DNA of 64,000 nucleotides from Eledone cirrhosa (Eukaryota). Every line of letters starts with the position of its first letter. The stretch's first letter is position 1. A program made the translations under genes and the position numbers. Of this stretch, positions 32,763-46,987 are shown one piece after another. The stretch lies in NCBI GenBank assembly GCA_964016885.1, contig OZ024761.1, positions 9,300,001-9,364,000 on the forward strand. The letters are read 5' to 3'. The notes beneath the pieces are model-generated. The model worked only from the letters and a program-made list of their open reading frames with translations. It was not told where the DNA came from and ran no database searches.

Positions 32763-32970
32763 TAACGATGAGAATTAATGAAAACCTGAAATCAAAAGAA
32801 AGGAAAGAAAAAACAAAAACAAAACAATAGGGGCCAACTGTCACTAAAGAAGACCGAAGGGAGATACAGTTGTTATATATATATGTGTATATATGTATGT
32901 AAAGGAACGAAGAGTGCTCTATGAATGCTACAATAACTGTATGCATGGTTTATTACATAATATATATATA

Positions 32971-33146
32971 TAGGAAAAGATTCAGGGCCCCGACGGCTGA
33001 GCTCCGGCCTTTTCGACAGTTCTGATCTAGTCGTCGAAACGGCCGGAGCTCAGCCGTCGGGGTCCTGACTCTTTTCCTATTACCCACTCTACTACCCTAA
33101 GTATTGAGTACTCTGGTGCGTTATGGTCCATCTGGTTTCTTACCAT

Positions 33147-33151
<5 letters not shown>
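32971..33151 (+). mobile_element. Family A fold-back element
   Basis: taggaaaag...palindrome...ttttccta plus tail, within (TA)n. Confidence 0.85.
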
Positions 33152-33230
<79 letters not shown>

Positions 33231-33310
33231 TATATATATATATATTAAATATATATATATATATATATATATTAAATATATATATATATATTAAATATAT
33301 ATATATATAT

Positions 33311-33355
<45 letters not shown>

Positions 33356-33362
<7 letters not shown>

Positions 33363-33560
33363 TAACCAGATTAAAGTTTAAGCAAAGAAATGCTGCTTTC
33401 ACCCTTAACAGGGATCTTCTGTATATAACAGGTAAACAGAAATAACAACACAATCGGTACAGTATATGGAAGGAATATATTAGGTAAACGCTTGATATAG
33501 CAGGAAGAGGGTCTTAACGTTTCGGACGCTAGCCCTTCATCAGAAGAAAGTTTGAGAAAT
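33356..33560 (-). mobile_element. Family E hammerhead element
   Basis: Hammerhead followed by about 155 nt and (TA)n. Its 3' end recurs as a palindrome at 35997-36133. Confidence 0.65.
33512..33547 (-). ncRNA. Minimal type I hammerhead ribozyme (family E)
   Basis: Minus: TCTT CTGATGA A GGGC-TAGC-GTCC GAA ACGT T AAGA. Confidence 0.75.
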
Positions 33561-33635
33561 AATATAGATTGGAGGGACGGGCGGGGTAGTACATACATAC
33601 ATACTGACGTACATGCATATGTACGTACATACATA

Positions 33636-33667
<32 letters not shown>

Positions 33668-33671
<4 letters not shown>

Positions 33672-33830
33672 AAAAAGTATGACCCGTTTCGACGGCTATT
33701 TCTAGAAATTGAGCTCTGCCGTCGGGGTCATACTTTTTCCTATTTTTTTGCTATTTCCCAGTCTACTACCCTAAGTATTGAGTACTCTGGTGCGTTATGG
33801 TCCATCTCGTTCCTTACCACAATTCCTATG

Positions 33831-33832
<2 letters not shown>
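33668..33832 (+). mobile_element. Family A fold-back element (internal deletions)
   Basis: taggaaaaagtatgaccc / gggtcatactttttccta arms plus tail. Confidence 0.8.
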
Positions 33833-33871
<39 letters not shown>

Positions 33872-34138
33872 CACATACGCACGCACATTCAGACATATAC
33901 ATACATACGTACATAAGCACATATATACATACGTACATACATACATACATACATACATACGTAGAGAAACGTATAAGTGCGTGAGTGTTGTATATATACA
34001 CACACAAATATAGATATATATGTATAGATTTATGTATGTATACACACACACATACATACATATGATAATATGCATATATATGTATATATATATATATATG
34101 TATCTATATATGCGTACGTATGAATGTATGTATATGTG

Positions 34139-34182
<44 letters not shown>

Positions 34183-34397
34183 TGTGTGTGTGCGTGTGTG
34201 TATGTGTGTATATGTGCATATGTGTGTCTATGTGTGTGTGTGTAGTTGTGTAGGTGTGTGTATGTGTGTAGGTGTGTATGTGTGTGTATATGTGTGTATG
34301 TATGTGCGTGTATATATATGTGTGTGTAGGTGCGTGTGTATGTGTGTGTGTGTGCATGTGTAGGTGTGTATGTGTGTATGTGTATATATATATATGC

Positions 34398-34539
<142 letters not shown>

Positions 34540-34547
34540 CTATATAC

Positions 34548-34596
<49 letters not shown>

Positions 34597-34609
34597 CATA
34601 TATATATAC

Positions 34610-34663
<54 letters not shown>

Positions 34664-34688
34664 GTGTATATATATATATATGTATATC

Positions 34689-34922
<234 letters not shown>

Positions 34923-35118
34923 TATGTGTATGTGTATATATGAATATAATGGCCAACATGCCAGATCATGCCAGATATGTTGTTTACGTAATAGGAAGTA
35001 AACATGAACGCAATACAAATTTATTCAATGAATTGTGACTGACTCTAATGAACCTATCAAGGTCTTCCATTCAAGCATTTCTCTGTCTCTCTATCAGTGC
35101 ATCTATCTATCTATTATA

Positions 35119-35295
35119 TAGGAACGAGTAGGACCCCGACGGCTGAGCTCAAGCCGCTTCGACGGAATTAGCCGTCGAAACGGCTTGAGCTCAGCCGTCG
35201 GGGTCATACTCGTTCCTATTACCCACTCTACCACCCTAAGTATTGAGTCCTTTGGTGCGTTATGGTCCACCTGGTTCTTTACCATATTTCCTTCG

Positions 35296-35297
<2 letters not shown>
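35119..35297 (+). mobile_element. Family A fold-back element
   Basis: taggaacgagta.gaccccgacggctgagctcaagccg / cggcttgagctcagccgtcggggtc.tactcgttccta plus tail. Confidence 0.85.
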
Positions 35298-35362
<65 letters not shown>

Positions 35363-35525
35363 GGCCGTGGATTGGTTGTATCGGTAGAGGGTCGGACGCC
35401 ATGCTTTGACGCATAGAGTTACGGCCCTCGCCATTCTGTCTTCAAACCTTTCATCCTTACGGGATCGATAAAATAAAGTACCAGTAATGCACTAGGTATT
35501 TGCTGGCCTTGTGCCAAAAGTAGAA

Positions 35526-35570
<45 letters not shown>

Positions 35571-35573
<3 letters not shown>

Positions 35574-35817
35574 GATATATTAACAAATGGAAACTATAAT
35601 TATAAAACCATATTTACTTCATTATACATATTTCAAGGACACCAAGTTAAATTATGGTGTGCTTTCATCAGATGAAATATAATATAGAGCAGTTTTATAA
35701 ATGAATATTGACATACCCTTATATCGTATTTTTACTCCAATAATTTGTTGAGTGCTTTATATCAGTTATAAAATATTTGCTTGTTGTATCCCAACAATTT
35801 AAATAGAACTTCTACAC
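35571..35817. mobile_element. Family B hammerhead element with 5' inversion
   Basis: The hammerhead half is on the minus strand and the 3' end (...ttgagtgct...cttctacac) on the plus strand. Homologous to 51436-51738 and 54698-55330. Confidence 0.75.
35616..35678 (-). ncRNA. Minimal type I hammerhead ribozyme (family B)
   Basis: Minus: ATTTCAT CTGATGA AAGCACACCA-TAATTTAACT-TGGTGTCCTT GAA ATATGTAT A ATGAAGT. Confidence 0.8.
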
Positions 35818-35825
35818 ACACACAC

Positions 35826-35913
<88 letters not shown>

Positions 35914-35996
35914 ATAATAATAAATTTGAAGACTAAAATCCAAAAAGGGCTCGATAAGGATAAATATATATCAAATATATAAGAACCGTAGAGCAA

Positions 35997-36125
35997 ATAT
36001 TTATTAAAATAACAGATTAAAGTTTAAGCAAATAATCGCTGCTTTCACCCTTAACGGGATCCTCAGAAGATTCCGTTAAGGGTGAAAGCAGCGATTCTTT
36101 GCTTAAACTTTAATCTGTTATTTTA

Positions 36126-36133
<8 letters not shown>
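35997..36133. repeat. Fold-back palindrome of family E 3' end
   Basis: ttattaaaataacagattaaagtttaagcaaa...ttaacgggatc / gattccgttaa...tttgcttaaactttaatctgttattttaataa. Confidence 0.85.
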
Positions 36134-36178
<45 letters not shown>

Positions 36179-36180
36179 TA

Positions 36181-36212
<32 letters not shown>

Positions 36213-36332
36213 CATATATATATATATTTATAAATATATATATGTTTATATATGCATATATATATATGTATATGTATATATACACATACATATATAGATA
36301 TATACATGTATAAATATACATATGTTTATATA

Positions 36333-36382
<50 letters not shown>

Positions 36383-36487
36383 AATATATATATGTTTATA
36401 TATGCATATATATATATATGTATATGTATATATACACATACATATATAGATATATACATGTATAAATATACATATGTTTATATATGC

Positions 36488-36562
<75 letters not shown>

Positions 36563-36891
36563 GGATAAACACTGATACAAGTATACATGTGTTCGTATTG
36601 CAAATGACCAAGTTAGCTAGGTTGAAAAATACTAATTTAAAATAATGCGGTTTGCCTGACTCGATTTAAAATCATATTATACCTCATATATATATCGCAT
36701 TAATTTCATGTTGTATTTTAACGTTAATTTTAATTTTATCCTCTTTTGATATGACTGTAACCTTTAAATGTATACTGCCACGCTAAATGTTATAATGGAT
36801 GTCAACCCACCCAGCAACAGTATATGCATATGTTTCTGTATGTCTCTTGGGTTGAAAAGGAGGTCATATATGTAATCAATCATTAATAAAT

Positions 36892-36938
36892 TACTCCGAA
36901 GAAACCAAACCTCGGTTTGGAGGAAACAATCGTAAGCA
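36892..36938 (+). ncRNA. Degenerate hammerhead motif
   Basis: CT CCGAAGA AA CCAAAC-CTCG-GTTTGG AG GAA ACAATCGT A AG. Core has U4C; stem I is short. Confidence 0.45.
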
Positions 36939-36988
36939 TATAAATGATTTGAACAGAACTTTGATTCATATAACTTATATATATATAT

Positions 36989-37341
36989 AAGAAAGTGAAG
37001 TTTTTTTACAAAATGAAAAATAACCGAGGTGTCCTACACGAGTGAAAGTATAAAGAAAAAAAAGCTGAAATCGAAAATGCAACTGGAGTCTTATTTAAAA
37101 AAAAAAAAAAAAAATTATTTGGTTCCTTTACCGGTTTCGCAGTTCTTCTGCTTTTCAAAACTAGAATAGAGATGGAGGGTTTGTGGTTTTCCTCAGATCT
37201 GAGAAAAACCACAGACCCTCCATCTCAACTATACTTTTGAAAATCAGAAGAACTGTGAAACCAGTAAAGGAACCAAATAAATATATATATTTTTTTAAAA
37301 ATAAGACTCCAGTTGCATCATTTTCGATTTCATCTGTATTT

Positions 37342-37345
<4 letters not shown>
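36989..37345. mobile_element. Family F fold-back palindrome
   Basis: Arms of about 130 bp centred on ctcagatctgag (37192-37203). Homologues at 42733-42880 and 53690-53793. Confidence 0.8.
37126..37161 (-). ncRNA. Hammerhead variant with U3-A8 core (family F, left arm of palindrome)
   Basis: Minus: GTT TTGAAAA GCAG-AAGAA-CTGC GAA ACCGGT A AAG. The mirror copy at 37234-37269 (+) is mutated. Confidence 0.6.
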
Positions 37346-37398
<53 letters not shown>

Positions 37399-37426
37399 CT
37401 ATGCATGAACCCATAATCCTTTATTT

Positions 37427-37482
37427 ACTGCTATATATATTTCGATGATAGCCATTGAATGGCTATGACCTCATCAGGCAGT
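37427..37482 (-). ncRNA. Minimal type I hammerhead ribozyme
   Basis: Minus: ACTGC CTGATGA GGTCATAGCCAT-TCA-ATGGCTATCATC GAA ATATATAT A GCAGT. All core nucleotides are intact. Confidence 0.82.
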
Positions 37483-37566
37483 TAGTCAGTTCTTAGATAT
37501 GCCAGCTCTGTGTTTATGGTGTTGATGGTATTAGAGTCTTGGGACATATATATATATATATATGTG

Positions 37567-37630
<64 letters not shown>

Positions 37631-37949
37631 AGAGTATTGAAGATATATATATATATATATATTCATATGCACATATATATGTGTGTCTGTGTATTTATAT
37701 ATTATATATATTACATATTATAAACAGGCATATATGTATATAGACTCACACACACATACATATAAATATAAATATATATATATATATAATCCATGAACAG
37801 AAGGATTAAGGTAAAAGAATGGTGAGACAGACAGACAGACAGACAGAGAGACAGACAGACAGAGAGACAGACAGACAGATATACAGACAGACATATCAGG
37901 ATGAAGAATAAATGTACTCATTACCCACATCGATTATACACACACAATT

Positions 37950-38032
<83 letters not shown>

Positions 38033-38215
38033 TACATACATACAAATATATATATATATATATATACATACATACAAATATATAAATATATATATATATA
38101 TACATACATACAAATATATATATATATATATATACATACATACAAATATATATATATATACATATATATATACATACATACATACAAATATATAAATATA
38201 TATTTGTACATACAT

Positions 38216-38268
<53 letters not shown>

Positions 38269-38271
38269 CAT

Positions 38272-38312
<41 letters not shown>

Positions 38313-38317
38313 CAAAT

Positions 38318-38356
<39 letters not shown>

Positions 38357-38363
38357 CATACAT

Positions 38364-38408
<45 letters not shown>

Positions 38409-38719
38409 CAGCGTAGAATATGTCAAAGTAATGTTTTAAACAATAAAATATATATACTGTGTATATATATATATATATATATATACACAATATATATATT
38501 TTATTGTTTAAAACATTACTGTGACATGTTCCACGCTGTATCTTATATACTGTCCGTTGTCTATTCTTTTCAGACCCACGACGCATCTATTAACATTGTA
38601 TTTTAATTGTTTCACGAGTGTTTTCTAGTTGGTTGCTATGATATATTGATGGACAGCCATTGCTATTGAATCTACAAATAATCAATAAAGACGTAGTCCT
38701 ATTTTATACTTTTTCTTTT

Positions 38720-38752
<33 letters not shown>

Positions 38753-38963
38753 CTTCTTCTTCTCTATCTGAGATGAACGGGTCGTTAACAGTTAACTTCT
38801 TATTGCAGGGAAGGTGAGCTTTATAATCCGGCTATCCATACTGCTAACGTTGTTATCCGGGTATCCGGTGTATTTACGTTGCTAACTTTAGAATCCGGGA
38901 TCCGGGTGTCCATATCGCTAATATTATTATTATCCGCTAATATTATTATTATAAGGTTGGATT

Positions 38964-39686
38964 CCTTTCATCCTTACGGGGTCGATAACATAAAGTACCA
39001 GTAATGTACTGGGTAATTGCTGGCCTTGTGCCTAAAGTAGAAACAATTATTATTATAAGGTTGGATTGGCAGTATTGGTAGAGGGTCGGACGCCATGCTT
39101 TGACGTATAGAGTTACGGCCCTTGCCATTCTGAGTTCAAATCCCGCCAAGGTTAACTTTGCCTTTCATCCTTACGGGGTCGATAAAATAAAGTACCAGTA
39201 ATGTACTGTGTTAATTGCTGGCCTTGTGCCAAAAGTAGAAACAATTATTATTATCCGTTGGCGGTGGATTGGCAGTATCGAAAGAGGGTCGGACGCCATG
39301 CTTTCCAGCATAGTTACGTCCCTTTGCGGTCTGAGTTCAAATCCCGCCGAGGTTAACTTTGCCTTTCATCCTTACGGGGCCGATAAAATAAAGTACCAGT
39401 AATGTACTGGGTTAATTGCTGGCCTTGTGCCAAAAGTAGAAACAATTATTATCCGGGAGCTGGGTGTCTACATTGCTAATATTATCATCCTGGATCTGCA
39501 GTGGATTGGCAGTATCGGTAGAGGGTCGGACACTATGCTTTGCAGCTAAGAGTTACGGCCCTTTATGGTCTGAGTTCAAATCCCGCCGAGGTTAACTTTG
39601 CCTTTCATCCTTACGCGGGTCGATAAAATAAAGTACCAGTAATGTACTGAAATAATGGCTGGCCTTGTACCAAAAGTAGAAACATT
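38964..39686 (+). mobile_element. Four tandem SINE-1 copies inside a 33-bp minisatellite
   Basis: SINE consensus interleaved with atccgggagctgggtgtctacattgctaatatt-like units (38826-39860). Confidence 0.85.
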
Positions 39687-39862
39687 TATCATCCGCGATC
39701 TGGGTGGCCATATCGCCAATAAAATCATCCGGGAGCTAGGTGCCTACGTTTCTAACTTTACAATCCGGGATCCGGGTGTCCATATCGCTAATATTCTTAT
39801 CCGGGAGCTGAGTGTCTACATTGCTAACGGTGTCTACGTTAGTGATATTATCATCCGGGGTC

Positions 39863-40342
39863 CTAATACCCCTTACATTTAATACATTAAGCTGACTAGG
39901 GAGAGGTATTAATACCCCTTACACACAAGAAGGAAAGTTAACCAGGCGGGGAGGATATTAATACCTTTTACAATTAAGAAACAGATTTGACTTAGGGAGG
40001 TACCTAATACCCTTTACACTTAAGGAACAAAGATTACTAGGGTGGTATCTAATACCCTTTACAATTAAGGAACAAAAATGACTAGGGAGAGGTATCTAAT
40101 ACCCCTTACAATTAAGGCACAAAGATTATTAGGGAGGGGTATTTATACCTCTTACAATTACGAAACAGATTTGACTTAGGGAGGTATCTAATACCCTTTA
40201 CAATTAAGGAACAAAGATTACTAGGGAGAGGTATCTAATACCCTTTACAATTAAGGAACAAAGATTACTAGGGAGAGATACCTAATACCCTTTACAATTA
40301 AGGAACCAAGATGACCAGGGAGAGGTATTTATATCCCTTACG
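39863..40342. repeat. About 40-bp minisatellite
   Basis: taataccctttacaattaaggaacaaagattactagggagaggtatc-like units. Confidence 0.85.
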
Positions 40343-40544
40343 ATAAAGAAAGAAAAACAAGAGAGAGGTAAAGTGAGAAAAAGAAATGAAAGAGAATGAA
40401 AACCTGTGGCAAAGGAAACACAAATGTGGATAAAAACTGACAAACAAGGGTAACTATAAAACAGCTGAACGGTTTCTGTTGTTGAAGCTTTTCGTACCTT
40501 CCTCCATGTACTGGAAGATGTTGGTTATGATTGGTAGATCTTTG

Positions 40545-40700
40545 AGGGTTAGGGTTAAGGTTAGGGCTGGTGTTGGGGTTTGGGTTCGGGGTTAGGGATT
40601 GGGTTTGGGTTAGGGTTAGGGTTCAGGTTAAGGTTGGGGTTACGGTTTGGGTTGGAGTTGGGGTTAGGGTTTGGGTTAGTGTTAGGGTTAAATTAGGTTT
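40545..40700 (+). repeat. Degenerate interstitial (TTAGGG)n
   Basis: ggttagggttagg mixed with variant hexamers. Confidence 0.7.
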
Positions 40701-41118
40701 TAAGCTATCCTCTCTCTTTCTCTCTCACTCTCCACCCACCCTCTCCCTATTTCAGACAGGTATTTTTTTTTTTACATTAGTGTACATAGTGCTATAGTGT
40801 TTCTGGGTAATGGTGATTGACCGAAGTTGTTTCAAGTCAACAAGGCTGTTGTTACAGAGAGTAATTGCGTTGCTTCAGGGTTTAAATAATATATTTTAAA
40901 ATAAACCGAATTTGTTTTGTCTGAAATGAAATTATGTCCAGAGACAACAGATATTAAATGATGTTATTTCAGAGAATACCGACATTTCTTCAAATTTATA
41001 TAAATTGTTTCGGTCATTAACGAAAATAATTTTGGTACAACTAATAATATTTTCAGCGATCAACTAATCTTGTTTCAAAGATCAAATGAAATTCTTTATA
41101 AAATCAACGAAAGCTTCT

Positions 41119-41695
41119 TCAAGGATGAACTGCCGAACAAAGACGAACTGATCAACAAAGAGAAACTGATCAACAAAGATGAACTGCCAAATAAAGACGA
41201 ATTGATCAACAAAGAGAAACTGATCAACAAAGATGAACTGCCAAATAAAGACGAATTGATCAACAAAGAGAAACTGATCAACAAAGATGAACTGCCAAAT
41301 AAAGACGAATTGATCAACAAAGATGAACTGCCAAATAAAGACGAATTGATCAATAAAGAGAAACTGATTAACAAAGATGAACTGCCAAATAAAGACGAAT
41401 TGATCAACAAAGAGAAACTGATTAACAAAGATGAACTGCCAAATAAAGACGAATTGATCAACAAAGAGAAACTGATCAACAAAGTTGAACTGCCAAATAA
41501 AGACGAATTGATCAACAAAGAGAAACTGATCAACAAAGATGAACTTCCAAATAAAGACGAATTGATCAACACAAAGGAATTGAACAATAAAGATGAACTG
41601 CCCAACAAAGACGAACTGATCAACAAACAGAATTTGAACAACGAAGATGAACTGCTGAACAAAGATGATCTGATCAACGAAGATGATTGATCAAG
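41119..41695. repeat. 15-bp minisatellite with 45-bp higher order
   Basis: aaagatgaactgcca / aataaagacgaattg / atcaacaaagagaaa-type units. Confidence 0.9.
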
Positions 41696-41911
41696 AAAGA
41701 CCCGATAATTTGAATTAAATTTAGCTCATTCAGATTAGCTTATTATACTGGAAAATATAATCATGGGTATATATTATAAAAGGTGGAATTGTCACAACAG
41801 TAATGCTTTTAAATGCAGGTAAAATCAATCAGGCTCACGTTGGGTCAAAAGAACAACAACATCAACAATATTAACAACAGGAATTTTAGATAAACGTGAG
41901 ATCTTCTACAC

Positions 41912-42105
41912 CAGGCATGTCAAACTGAAGGTCCTCCCGAGGGTCACATATGTGTTTTCTGAGGGCCACACACGACAATTAATTGCGCACATTAAAAGTA
42001 ATTTTTTAAAAATTTTATATTACAAAGATAAAACATGCTCGCCCTGTAAAAACCTTTGTGCGGGCCGCAGGTGTGCTGTAAAGGGCCGCATGTTTGACAT
42101 ACCCG
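41912..42105. mobile_element. hAT (Charlie-like) MITE
   Basis: TIRs caggcatgtcaaac / gtttgacatacccg; perfect 8-bp TSD ttctacac (41904-41911, 42106-42113). Confidence 0.9.
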
Positions 42106-42280
42106 TTCTACACAATATATATTGATCAACATAAATGATTAGCGTACGGTTGAAGCAAATGAGACTTGCTGTGTTTCTATGTACGACTTGTGAGCTTATG
42201 GATTATAGCGCCAATATATCTAAAAGACGTGTAGGTATATTTCAGTAAAAATAAAACAAAGTATATATTTATATATATAA

Positions 42281-42315
<35 letters not shown>

Positions 42316-42414
42316 CATGCAACATGAAACGGTGATTTTATTTCTCATTACTTGCTACATTTTTTATACCTTCACACACACTCTCTCTCTCTCTTTCACA
42401 CACACACACGCACA

Positions 42415-42465
<51 letters not shown>

Positions 42466-42644
42466 ATATATATATATATATATATATTATCAAATTACAT
42501 TTATAAAAAAAAAGCCTTCGTGAGCCCCCCTTTTTTAAGTAAGAAGAAATTCAAACACTCATATATGAAAAAACAACCTGACCCCCCCCCCCCTTGTTTG
42601 AAGAACTTTGTAACGCGAACTGGTGCGAAATTTATTATACTCAT

Positions 42645-42740
42645 TGACCAACCAATCAAATTACTTCTCTAAAAACGTGGCGTTTCGAGCCACTTTTTTC
42701 CGTATAAAACAAGTAACATTCAAAGACCAACCAGATGTGA
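42645..42740 (+). promoter_or_regulatory. Putative Pol II promoter of family F element (CCAAT, TATA, initiator)
   Basis: ccaatc at about 42653, TATAAAA at 42703-42709, and CA initiator with the A at 42733, 30 bp after TATA and about 40 bp before the hammerhead. Confidence 0.45.
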
Positions 42741-42771
42741 GAAAAACCACAGACCCTCCATCTCAACTCTA

Positions 42772-42807
42772 CTTTTGAAAAGCAGAAGAACTGCGAAACC
42801 GGTAAAG
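42772..42807 (+). ncRNA. Hammerhead variant with U3-A8 core (family F)
   Basis: CTT TTGAAAA GCAG-AAGAA-CTGC GAA ACCGGT A AAG. Confidence 0.65.
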
Positions 42808-43118
42808 GAACCAAATAAATATATATATATTTTTAAAAAGTAAGACTCCAGTTGCATTTTCGATTTCATCTTTTTTTCTTTATATATATATATATATATA
42901 TAAATAGAAAAAGAGAGGGGAGGCAAAGATATACATTCTATAGTGGAACTTTTGTTAGGGAAATAGCATCTGATCAAATAGACAAACATACACACATATA
43001 TTTACATACATACATACATACCTATATATGCATATATACTTACATAATATATACATACAACCATACATTTGTTCAAACATATATATATATATATATGTGG
43101 TGTGTGTTAAGTAATTAA

Positions 43119-43153
<35 letters not shown>

Positions 43154-43180
43154 TATATATATATATACATATATATATAA

Positions 43181-43211
<31 letters not shown>

Positions 43212-43255
43212 CACACAAACATATATATATATATATTTATATATATATACACACA

Positions 43256-43307
<52 letters not shown>

Positions 43308-43404
43308 AATGTATGTATATATATATATATATATATAAATGTATGTATATATATATATATATTTATATATATATGAATATATATATATATTTATATATAT
43401 ATGA

Positions 43405-43436
<32 letters not shown>

Positions 43437-43477
43437 GTATATATATATATTTATATATATATGTATATATATATATT

Positions 43478-43538
<61 letters not shown>

Positions 43539-43539
43539 T

Positions 43540-43600
<61 letters not shown>

Positions 43601-43601
43601 T

Positions 43602-43634
<33 letters not shown>

Positions 43635-43673
43635 GTATATATATATGTATATATACATATTTATATATATATT

Positions 43674-43708
<35 letters not shown>

Positions 43709-43755
43709 GTATATATATATATTTATATATATATTTATATATATATATTTATATA

Positions 43756-43810
<55 letters not shown>

Positions 43811-43811
43811 T

Positions 43812-43844
<33 letters not shown>

Positions 43845-43895
43845 TTATATATATATATTTATATATATATTTATATATATATGTATATATATATT

Positions 43896-44420
<525 letters not shown>

Positions 44421-44566
44421 GTATATATATATATACATATATATATATGTATATATATATACATATATATATATGTATATATATATACATATATATATAT
44501 GTATATATATATACATATATATATATGTATATATATATACATATATATATATGTATATATATATAC

Positions 44567-44738
<172 letters not shown>

Positions 44739-46507
44739 ATATACACCCATCCGTATATGCATACATGTAGTTGAAAATGAACAAAGAAAACACAGGAGGC
44801 AGTTGTACATACATATATACATATATACATAAATACTCATATACACATATTTACATACATATACTTGCATACATATACATACATACACACACACCACAGA
44901 ACCCACAGAATAGAAAGATTAATCAAAAGTTATATACATACATATATATACACACATACTCATACACATATATACATACATATACATACATACACATACA
45001 TACATACACACACATACATACACACACATACATACACATACATACATACACATATATATTTACTCACACATACATACATATACATACATACATGCATCTT
45101 TACATACATATTTACACATACATACATACACATATATACATACATGCATATACATACATGCATCTTTACATACATATATACACACACATACATACATACA
45201 CATATATACATACACACACATACATACATATACATACATACACATACATAACGGACATACATACATCTTTACATACATATATATATATATATACATACAC
45301 ATATATATACATATACACATACATACATACACATACACATACACACATACACATACACACACACAACCCTCAGAATAGATAGATTAATCAAAAGTTAGAC
45401 TGTTCGATACCGAACAGCTGATCAAAAGAAAATGAATGTCTGAATTGATTTTTACAAATTCCACCATTTTTTTGGGGTTTACACCTCCTTTATTTTCTGT
45501 CTTTTTTTATATCTCTTTCTCTCTCTTTCTCTCTCTGTCTTTCACTCTCTCTTTCTCTTTCTGTCTCTTTCACTCTCTGTCTTTCTCTCTCTCCCTCCAC
45601 CTCTCTTTCTCTTTCTGTCTCTTTCATTCTCTCTTTCTCTCTCTGTCTCTTTTACTCTCTCTCTTACTCTCTTTCTCTCACTCTTTCACAGACACACACT
45701 CTCTCACTCTCTCTCACACACACACACCCTCTCTTTCTCTCAAAGTCTCTCCTTTGTTATTGCTGTTGTTGTTATTGCTGTTGTTATTGTTACTGTTGTT
45801 GTTGTTATTGCTGTTGTTGTTATTGCTGTTGTTGTTATTGCTGTTGTTGCTGCTGTTATTGTTACTGTTGTTGTTGTTACTGTTGTTGCTGTTGTTATTG
45901 CTGTTGTCGTTTTTATATTGTTTGTTTGTTTTTGAGGAGGATTTGAAGGAGTAGTGTGAGGGAATGAGGACTGGAGTATAGAAGGGGGAATAGAGAGAAG
46001 AAGAAGAAGAAGAGTGAGAAGGAACTAGAAAGGGGGGTGTAGAAAGAGGGGAGTAGTGTGAGTGAATGAGACGTGAAGTAAGAGGGGCGAAGTAAGAGGG
46101 GAGAAGTGGGGGCAGAGAGCAGAAGAGTGAGAAGGAACTAGACGAAAGGGGCAGGTAGAAAGGGGGGTGAGTAGTGTGAGTGAATGAGACGTTAAGTAAG
46201 AGGGGGTGGGTGGTGAGGGGGGAGGTGGCAGAGAAAAGAAGGGAAAAGTGAGAAGAAAACGGGAGGTGTGTGTGTGTGTGTGGGGGGGGGGGGTGTTACA
46301 AAAAGGTAAAAAGGTTTTTCTAGAATGTTCTGTCTCTTTTTTGTAATATGTGGAGCTGTTGTATTGATCCGAGACTTGAAGAAACTAAATATGTCTTCTC
46401 TTGTTTTTTATTGTTTTGCAGTTGCTGTGGAATTTACCATTCTCACCTGTATCTTTACAGTTGCTGTGGAATTTACCATTCTCACCTGTATCTTTACAAA
46501 GACGTAA

Positions 46508-46950
46508 GTATTGTTTCTACTTTAGATACAAGGCCAGCAATTTCAAGAGCAGAGGAGAACGTCGATTAGATCGACCCCCAGTGCATTACTGGTACTTTAT
46601 TTTATCGACCTTCCGTAAGGATGAAAGGCAAAGTTAACCTCGGCGGGATTTGAACTCAGACCGGAAAGGGGCGTAACTCTATACTGCAAAGCATCGTGTC
46701 CGACCCTCTACCGATACCGATAAGAGGGGGAAAGTCTATTAAATCAACCCCCAGTGTATTACTGGTACTTTATTTTATCGACCCCCGTAAGGAGGAAAGG
46801 CAAAGTTAACCTCGGCGGGATTTGAACTCAGACCGGAAAGGGGCCTAACTCTATACTGCAAAGCATGGTGTCCGACCCTCTACCGATACCGATAAGAGGG
46901 GGAAAGTCGATTAAATCAACCCCAGTGTATTACTGGTACTTTATTTTATT
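46508..46950 (-). mobile_element. Tandem SINE-1 copies
   Basis: About 2.4 head-to-tail copies. Confidence 0.85.
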
Positions 46951-46987
46951 GCTAGTACTCATTTTTTTTCCAGCTGAGTATACTGGA

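Noticed and set aside
40545-40700. Telomere
   Set aside because: Short, degenerate and interstitial.
41070-41690. 206-aa KDELPNKDELINKEKLIN ORF
   Set aside because: No ATG start, 15-bp minisatellite, open on both strands, and antisense within an intron.
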